From Candidatus Sumerlaeales bacterium (GTDB lineage: Bacteria > Sumerlaeota > Sumerlaeia > Sumerlaeales > Sumerlaeaceae), in contig JAKFFN010000055.1 in the NCBI GenBank assembly GCA_036675025.1, positions 10,752-74,751 of the forward strand: 64,000 nt of DNA, in the 5' to 3' direction. This document shows positions 58,707 through 64,000 of this stretch, piece by piece (position 1 is the first letter of the stretch; each line of letters opens with the position of its first letter). Both the position numbers and the translations under genes were made by a program. The notes beneath the pieces were generated by a model. It saw only the letters and a program-made list of their open reading frames with translations. It was not told where the DNA came from and made no database searches.

Positions 58707-59456
58707 TCACTTCCACAGTTCATCCAGCCAACGCAATCCATTAGGAAGATCTAATCCGGCATACTCAATATGGATCACCCGCCGGTGGGTTGGATTTGTT
58801 GCCGGGGAGGATGCATGGAGCAGTAGTGGCCGCATGAGCATGACGCCGCCTTTGGGGACGGGGCACGTGACCGGGTCGTGATTGGATAACCATTCGGCAA
58901 TGCCTGCGTCTTTTAACCGGCCGCTGGTGTGTGAGCCGGGCCATACTTTCAGGGCGCCGTTTTTTTCATCGCAGTCATCCAGGTGGAACCGGAGAGCCAG
59001 CATCTGTTCCAGGATTTGGACGGGTGGCTGGACGTTATGGATATCAGCTTTGATCGTCCATGGGCCGAAACCCGGAGCCTCCGCTTTCTCTCGCACTGCA
59101 ATGGTGACATCCTGATGGGGCGGGACTTTCCAGTTGGCGCCTGGGGTCTTGTCGAAGAAGGTCGCCTTTACAGCGCGGGCGGAGGGACCAAGCACGGATT
59201 TAACCAGCTGCAAAACGTGTGGCTGTATTGCCAGGGACCGAACACGGGCGCTTGAGTATAAGAGGTTACGGACAGCGTATGTGTTTGCACCCGCCGACTG
59301 ACCGTTACCGGAATCAGCTTCTCCCTGGACAGCTTCTATAAGTTCCTGAACCGCAGCCGGCGTCAGGAGACCCGGCAACATGCAATAGCCGAAGTTCTGT
59401 ATGTCGGTTGCGATTTGCTGAAGTGTTGGTTCGGTTTTATCCATAGTCGATGACAT
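58707..59456 (-). CDS. PhyH-family Fe(II)/2-oxoglutarate dioxygenase
   Basis: 'PPHQDV' (HxD), 'NGALKVWPGSH' and 'LLHASSPATNPTHRRV'. 249 aa. Its start overlaps the upstream gene's stop. Confidence 0.8.
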   Translation of the reverse strand: MSSTMDKTEPTLQQIATDIQNFGYCMLPGLLTPAAVQELIEAVQGEADSGNGQSAGANTYAVRNLLYSSARVRSLAIQPHVLQLVKSVLGPSARAVKATFFDKTPGANWKVPPHQDVTIAVREKAEAPGFGPWTIKADIHNVQPPVQILEQMLALRFHLDDCDEKNGALKVWPGSHTSGRLKDAGIAEWLSNHDPVTCPVPKGGVMLMRPLLLHASSPATNPTHRRVIHIEYAGLDLPNGLRWLDELWK

Positions 59457-60705
59457 GATACACTGGAAGGAATTGAATGGCGGCGTGAATCACCAGGGCT
59501 CCAATTTTAAGGTAAGGTTTCCACTTACCGTGAGAAATGCCGAAGATGCGTTTGTCAGCCCAGTCAGCGGCGGCAGAAACTGCAAGCCAGGAAAACCCGC
59601 AAACTACAGGCCACGCCATAAACGAGATCCTGGGCTTAATAAAGTTTGAGCCGAAATACATGGCGGAAAAGGCCAAAGCGAAGCAAACCAGCGGCACCAG
59701 AAGTCGACGTGGGCGGGCAATTACAAACCCGGAAATCATCAGTACGAACGGGTAATAGAGGAAAGCGTCACCCAAGCTTTTAATCTGCAGCAAAAAATTT
59801 CCGGATAGCCGACGGACTGACTCCGAGAGCGGTACAGTGAACAGCGTTTCCTGCAACCAGACAAAGTAGCCATATTTCTTGTTATAGGAGTCTGGATCAA
59901 AGACTTCGAGTACTTCGGTAATGTACAGTCTCCAGAGAATGGGCGGGATTGCGGCGGTAATAATAAAAGCCAGGCAGCTGATCCATTGCCTTTTCCAGCA
60001 CAGGAACATTGCGGCAAAGAGTATGAGGAAGTACAGCTCTTTGCCGAGCAGAAACAGTCCAATTACTGCCCCGGTGATAGCCCAGCGGACTACTGAGGCA
60101 CGTTTGCCGGGAGTTTCCTCAGCCCAGACAGCCAGCACAAATAGCAGAACAACCGCAAAGAACGTGAGGATTTCCGGGGTCAGCTGGGCAACCCAGAAGT
60201 TGAATCCAAAACAGGTTCCTGCAAAGATCGTTGCGCATAACGCATCGAAAAACGTGAGACCATAGTAGCGGCACAAACCAAAAAACAGCCACAAGCTTGC
60301 TACGGCCAGTAGTATATTCTCTACTGCCAGAGTCTTAACGGCGCCGTTCCACACGGCTTCGGGAATTGGTTCGGAGCTGCTTGTCATTGCGTGTTGTTCA
60401 ATTGCCCCCACAGCCCGGGCGACTGGAATGGCAGCCGGATAGAGGGGTCGGGGTGCCCGTGTTACGGTTGTGGACGTGGGAAGTAACAGTCCGGTGTTGA
60501 TCCATCCAGGGGTATCAACATTCTGATGCATCAGATCAGGCCGAAAATGGTGTGCGTGTTCCCCGGGAACCGGTTGGGCAAACCTCAGTAAAAAAGAAGC
60601 AACAACGATGGCAATAATTGCAATCGCTGCTGCTGCAAATTTTATCCGTGTAAGGTCGCGTCCACCGACAAAACGTAAGATGGACAAACTACTGTGATGA
60701 AGCAC
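59437..60705 (-). CDS. polytopic membrane protein B, GT-C/PMT_2-like putative glycosyltransferase
   Basis: It shares 'LLRF.QPV', 'RAPRPLYPA', 'RLSGNFL.Q' and 'FSAM(F/Y)F.SNFI.PRI.FM.WPV' with 57351..58583. Confidence 0.55.
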   Translation of the reverse strand: MLHHSSLSILRFVGGRDLTRIKFAAAAIAIIAIVVASFLLRFAQPVPGEHAHHFRPDLMHQNVDTPGWINTGLLLPTSTTVTRAPRPLYPAAIPVARAVGAIEQHAMTSSSEPIPEAVWNGAVKTLAVENILLAVASLWLFFGLCRYYGLTFFDALCATIFAGTCFGFNFWVAQLTPEILTFFAVVLLFVLAVWAEETPGKRASVVRWAITGAVIGLFLLGKELYFLILFAAMFLCWKRQWISCLAFIITAAIPPILWRLYITEVLEVFDPDSYNKKYGYFVWLQETLFTVPLSESVRRLSGNFLLQIKSLGDAFLYYPFVLMISGFVIARPRRLLVPLVCFALAFSAMYFGSNFIKPRISFMAWPVVCGFSWLAVSAAADWADKRIFGISHGKWKPYLKIGALVIHAAIQFLPVYHVIDYG

Positions 60706-60770
60706 TCTCGGCTTTCGGTGATGTTTTGATTATAGAGGTCGCCTCTGCTAAAGTCATAGCAGTCGTATGG

Positions 60771-62057
60771 CTACCAGTAGACTTCGCCGCCCTTGAACTC
60801 AAAGGTTGGACCCAGGATATTTCCGGAAATGTTGAGGCGGTTTTCGAAGTTGTGGAAGTAGGAATACCAGCCGGCGGAGAGGCCGTAGCCCTTGTTGTTC
60901 TGGACGGTGCCCTGGAAGGTGTTATCGACGCCGATCTGGGAACTGCCGATGCAGTGTATGCCGTGCTCGTTGTTGGAGGAGAAATTGGCAGACGTGAAAA
61001 TATTAACTGTGCTGCTATCCATGAGCAGCAGGCCGTAGCGGCCATTGCTTTTTGAAATGGGCGATGTCATGAAGGATCGGCTCTGGCTTCGCACTTCGAT
61101 GCCGCTGTTGCCGTTATTAGATGCAACGACGTTGTCCAACGTGGAGTGTGCCTGGTTAATAATCTCGAGTCCGACGCCTCCGTTATTGCGGATCAGGCAT
61201 TTCTCGAGATTGAATTTCCCGTTTTCGAATTTGACGCCGGTGGCGGTGGCACCTTCGAAAGCAATGCCGTGGAATTCAACTCCGGTGCAGTCTGCCGCCA
61301 GTACCACGTTTTCTTGAGCCGCTGCGCTGCCTGTGGCGGCGGCGGATATTATTACGGCAGGGGCGCCGGGGGAGGACGGGGTCCAGGCTTCATCGCCTTG
61401 AAAGCTGAGGGTTTCGCCGGGTTTTACGCTGATTCCGTAAACCGTGACTTTTTCGGGATAGGTGCCGTTGGCGATGTCGATCGTGACGCTTGCCATCACC
61501 CGCCCGGGAAGGATATCTACTGCACCCTGGACGGTTTTCTTAGCCTGGTTAGGCTTGAGGCCGGAGTTGCTGTCGTCGCCATTTTGTCCGTCGACGTAGA
61601 TGGTGAAGTCATCGCCGCCGGTCTGCGATGTTATCAGGTTCGTATTGATGAGATTATGGTCGGGATGCAGCTGCTGGAAACCGTTGACGCCGTCATTGAA
61701 CCAGGTGCGCAGTTTTAAGGGTTCCTTGGTTTGAAACACCGTGGAATTGATGGGCAGCATCAGGCCGTTTGCGCCCATTACGACGTTAAATACGCCGTCG
61801 GTCACGGTCAGGGTGAGACCGGTTGTGGGTTCTGAGCCGTCGACGCTAGTGCCGTCGTTTGACCATAGTGTGGAGCTGCCGTTTGGGCTTATGATGGCAA
61901 ACTTGAATTGGCCGTCGCCGTTGTGTTCGACTCCCTGAACCTTTACGCGGCCCTGGTAGTTGAACATGACTGTGCCGTCGGCAAATACTGGCACTGCAGC
62001 AGTTAATGCGGCGACCGCCGTGGTGGTGAGCAGCAAATTTCTTTTAGAAAAAAACAT
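60771..62057 (-). CDS. secreted right-handed beta-helix protein B (paralog of A)
   Basis: Signal 'MFFSKRNLLLTTTAVAALTAAVPVFA'. Motifs 'FNYQGRVKVQG...GQFKFAI' and 'FTIYVDGQNGDDSNSGLKPNQAKKTVQGAVD'. Confidence 0.7.
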   Translation of the reverse strand: MFFSKRNLLLTTTAVAALTAAVPVFADGTVMFNYQGRVKVQGVEHNGDGQFKFAIISPNGSSTLWSNDGTSVDGSEPTTGLTLTVTDGVFNVVMGANGLMLPINSTVFQTKEPLKLRTWFNDGVNGFQQLHPDHNLINTNLITSQTGGDDFTIYVDGQNGDDSNSGLKPNQAKKTVQGAVDILPGRVMASVTIDIANGTYPEKVTVYGISVKPGETLSFQGDEAWTPSSPGAPAVIISAAATGSAAAQENVVLAADCTGVEFHGIAFEGATATGVKFENGKFNLEKCLIRNNGGVGLEIINQAHSTLDNVVASNNGNSGIEVRSQSRSFMTSPISKSNGRYGLLLMDSSTVNIFTSANFSSNNEHGIHCIGSSQIGVDNTFQGTVQNNKGYGLSAGWYSYFHNFENRLNISGNILGPTFEFKGGEVYW

Positions 62058-62142
62058 GGCAGTGACCTTATAGGGCGTACGACCCGTTAGCGAATGTGGT
62101 GACAAAATTTGTCAGCAGGTTGTGACGGAAGAAGGGCGTAGC

Positions 62143-62418
62143 TCAGTACAGAGTCCAGCATGACACGGAAGCTCTTGGTGCGTCTGAGGCGCCTACAGCC
62201 GGTTCGAGGCTGTAGCTTAAGCTGCTGGCTACGCCGGCTGAGCCGGTGTCGTCAGTGTAGCCGACGAGGCTATACTTTTCAGAGCTGGATATGCCGCCGC
62301 CCATGCCTGTGGCTACGTATTCCATCGAGTAACTAGTGGAACGCGGCGTAACGCTGAAGCCTGCAGCGGCAATGGAGAAGATGGCTGCGCATGCGGCGAG
62401 TTTTACCGTGTTTGACAT
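62143..62418 (-). CDS. small secreted Ser/Gly-rich protein with three YS(L/M) repeats
   Basis: Start 'MSNTVKLAACAAIFSIAAAGFS' has GGGGG 9 nt upstream. Repeats are 'SYSMEYVATGMGGGISSS', 'KYSLVGYTDDTGSAGVASS' and 'SYSLEPAVGAS'. Confidence 0.55.
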   Translation of the reverse strand: MSNTVKLAACAAIFSIAAAGFSVTPRSTSYSMEYVATGMGGGISSSEKYSLVGYTDDTGSAGVASSLSYSLEPAVGASDAPRASVSCWTLY

Positions 62419-62524
62419 GATTGGAACCCCCTGACGATGTGGAAAATGTTCTGCCGTCTCTACAGGCACAGCACTACAGACGTAATTCTATCACTGGATA
62501 GGTGACGGGTGGTCAATAAAAAAC

Positions 62525-62601
<77 letters not shown>

Positions 62602-62613
62602 GCGGATTGGGAG

Positions 62614-62795
62614 CGGATTATGGCGCTTCGCGGGTGGGGCTGGTGGTGAAGTGACGTTTTTGCCGGCCGGGCCGCCGGCGCTCCCAGTAAGGACTGGTAC
62701 GAGAGACTGAGTGAGGATTGGCGCTGCGCGGGCGACGCTTCCAGTCGGATATGGTTCGAGAGAGAATGGCGGTTGGCGTTGCGTGGGAGGTGTTT
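62614..62795. repeat. degenerate longer direct repeats downstream of kdsD
   Basis: The motif GGATT(A)(T)GGCGCT.CGCGGG recurs at about 62614, 62715 and 62771. CGCT(C/T)CCAGT..GGA..TGGT(A/T)CGAGAGA occurs at about 62679 and 62735. Confidence 0.6.
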
Positions 62796-62797
62796 GT

Positions 62798-63790
62798 TTA
62801 GCCTATCAGGTCGTGGAGGTGGATCATTCCTACGGGGTGGTTTTGCTGGTCGACTACGGGGAGTACGAGGACTTTGCGGTTGCCGTTTTCCATGATCTGG
62901 AGGGCCTGGGTGGCGAGGATGTCGGAGGTGATGCGGAGGGGATCGCGGGTCATTACGCCGCTTACGGGCTGATGGAAGACGTCGTTGACGGTGCGGGCGG
63001 CACTGTCGGCTTCGCGCTGGAGTATGCGGCGGAGGTCGCCGTCTGTGAGGATGCCGCAGAGCTGGCCTTGCTCATTTACGATGGAGACGGCGCCGTGCTT
63101 TTCGGCGGTAATGGCGGCGATGGCTTCGCGGAAGGTGGCGGTTTCTATGACGATTGGGTTGGAGCCGGGTTTCATGAGATCGCCCACGCGCTTGAACTGG
63201 CGGCCGAGGGCGCCGTTGGGGTGGCGGAGGGCGAAGTCGCCGGGCTGAAAACCGCGCTGTTCGAGGAGAACAACGGCGAGGGCATCACCCATGGCGAGGG
63301 CGGCGGTGGTGGATGTAGTTGGGGCGAGGTTGAGGGGGCAGACTTCGCGGTCGACCTGGATGTCGAGAACGATGTCGGCTTCGAGGGCGAGGCGGCTTTT
63401 GAAGTTGCCGGTCATGGCGATGAGGAGGTTTTTGTTGCGCTTAAAGAAGGGGATGCAGGAGACGACTTCTTCGGTGGTGCCGCTGTTGGAGAGGGCGAGG
63501 ACGATGTCGTCGGGCTGGATCATGCCAAGGTCGCCATGGAGGGCTTCACCAGGGTGAATGTAGAAGGCGGGGGTGCCGGTGCTGGCCATGGTGGCTGCGA
63601 TTTTGCGGGCGATGAGGCCGTGTTTGCCCATGCCGGTGAGGACCACGCGGCCGCTGCAGTTGAGGATGGCGGTGATGGCGGCGTCGAAGCTGTCGCCGAT
63701 GCGGCTGGCCATGGCCTGAAGGGCGCAGATTTCCTGCTGGATGACTTCTTGGCCGCGCTGGGCCAGGTTATGGGCGGTATCGGTGGTCAT
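62798..63790 (-). CDS. kdsD: arabinose-5-phosphate isomerase (KdsD/KpsF; SIS + tandem CBS)
   Basis: 'GRVVLTGMGKHGLIARKIAATMASTGTPAFYIHPGEALHGDLGMI' followed by a CBS pair. 330 aa. Confidence 0.9.
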   Translation of the reverse strand: MTTDTAHNLAQRGQEVIQQEICALQAMASRIGDSFDAAITAILNCSGRVVLTGMGKHGLIARKIAATMASTGTPAFYIHPGEALHGDLGMIQPDDIVLALSNSGTTEEVVSCIPFFKRNKNLLIAMTGNFKSRLALEADIVLDIQVDREVCPLNLAPTTSTTAALAMGDALAVVLLEQRGFQPGDFALRHPNGALGRQFKRVGDLMKPGSNPIVIETATFREAIAAITAEKHGAVSIVNEQGQLCGILTDGDLRRILQREADSAARTVNDVFHQPVSGVMTRDPLRITSDILATQALQIMENGNRKVLVLPVVDQQNHPVGMIHLHDLIG

Positions 63791-63825
63791 GATTGGGGTT
63801 TTACCGTTAAGGGGGATTGTGATTC

Positions 63826-63866
63826 TAGAACGCGGAGAACGGCGAACGGAGAACGGAGAACGCGCC
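63826..63866. repeat. short tandem array of GAGAACG/GAACGGA-type 7-9-nt units
   Basis: The sequence reads agaacgcgg, agaacggcg, aacggag, aacggag, aacgcgc. It lies 36 nt upstream of the kdsD start. Confidence 0.75.
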
Positions 63867-63870
63867 GCAT

Positions 63871-63924
63871 ATAGGGCAGATAGGACCTATAGGACATATA
63901 GGACCAATAGGACATATGGGACAT
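63871..63924. repeat. 6 x 9-nt tandem array (consensus ATAGGACNT)
   Basis: The units are atagggcag, ataggacct, ataggacat, ataggacca, ataggacat, atgggacat. Confidence 0.92.
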
Positions 63925-64000
63925 ACAGGTGGTTGAAGCTGATTGGGGATAATTCTTGTGCCGTTGCTTGATTGTGGCCGTGTTCACTGGATTTTTCCGA

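Noticed and set aside
62711-63874. 387-aa G/A/E/V-rich ORF on the plus strand
   Set aside because: It lies entirely antisense to the well-supported kdsD gene. Its low-complexity composition is typical of a GC-rich shadow frame and it has no recognisable motifs.

Overview
This is a 64-kb chromosomal window from a diderm bacterium. LptF/G, KdsD and a GspG-like pseudopilin are present. I call about 55 protein genes, mostly housekeeping: tkt (5'-truncated), ald, a YdiJ-like FAD/Fe-S dehydrogenase, a DnaE-like protein, carD, rsfS, yqeK, rplY, rdgB, rpsO, pfk, alaS, tatD, yebC, recN and kdsD. There are three tRNAs: Glu-UUC, Leu-UAA and Gly-UCC. I saw no rRNA, CRISPR array, transposase, integrase or obvious prophage. 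The content (many secreted beta-helix, Ig-like and GT-C-like proteins, pseudopilin-like genes, a DUF507 pair, CarD) would fit a PVC-superphylum-like organism, but the taxon cannot be fixed from the sequence alone. Several genes appear to use TTG starts.

The most unusual region is 55.3-64.0 kb. Directly 3' of tRNA-Gly lies an internally duplicated cluster: two paralogous secreted beta-helix proteins, two paralogous GT-C-like polytopic membrane proteins, a PhyH-type dioxygenase and a small secreted YSL-repeat protein. The 5' regions of its transcription units and of kdsD carry several different 7-nt and 9-nt tandem arrays.

Other notable items:
- a full-length DnaE-like ORF whose polymerase catalytic motifs appear eroded
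- a 737-aa secreted protein with a roughly 430-aa Q/E/R/K/A tract
- an AlaRS with a roughly 115-aa hyper-acidic insertion
- a GspG-like protein with a degenerate prepilin signal
- a nucleotidyltransferase-fold gene that overlaps its small upstream partner by 59 nt

All functional calls rest on motif recognition in the supplied translations. No database search was run.
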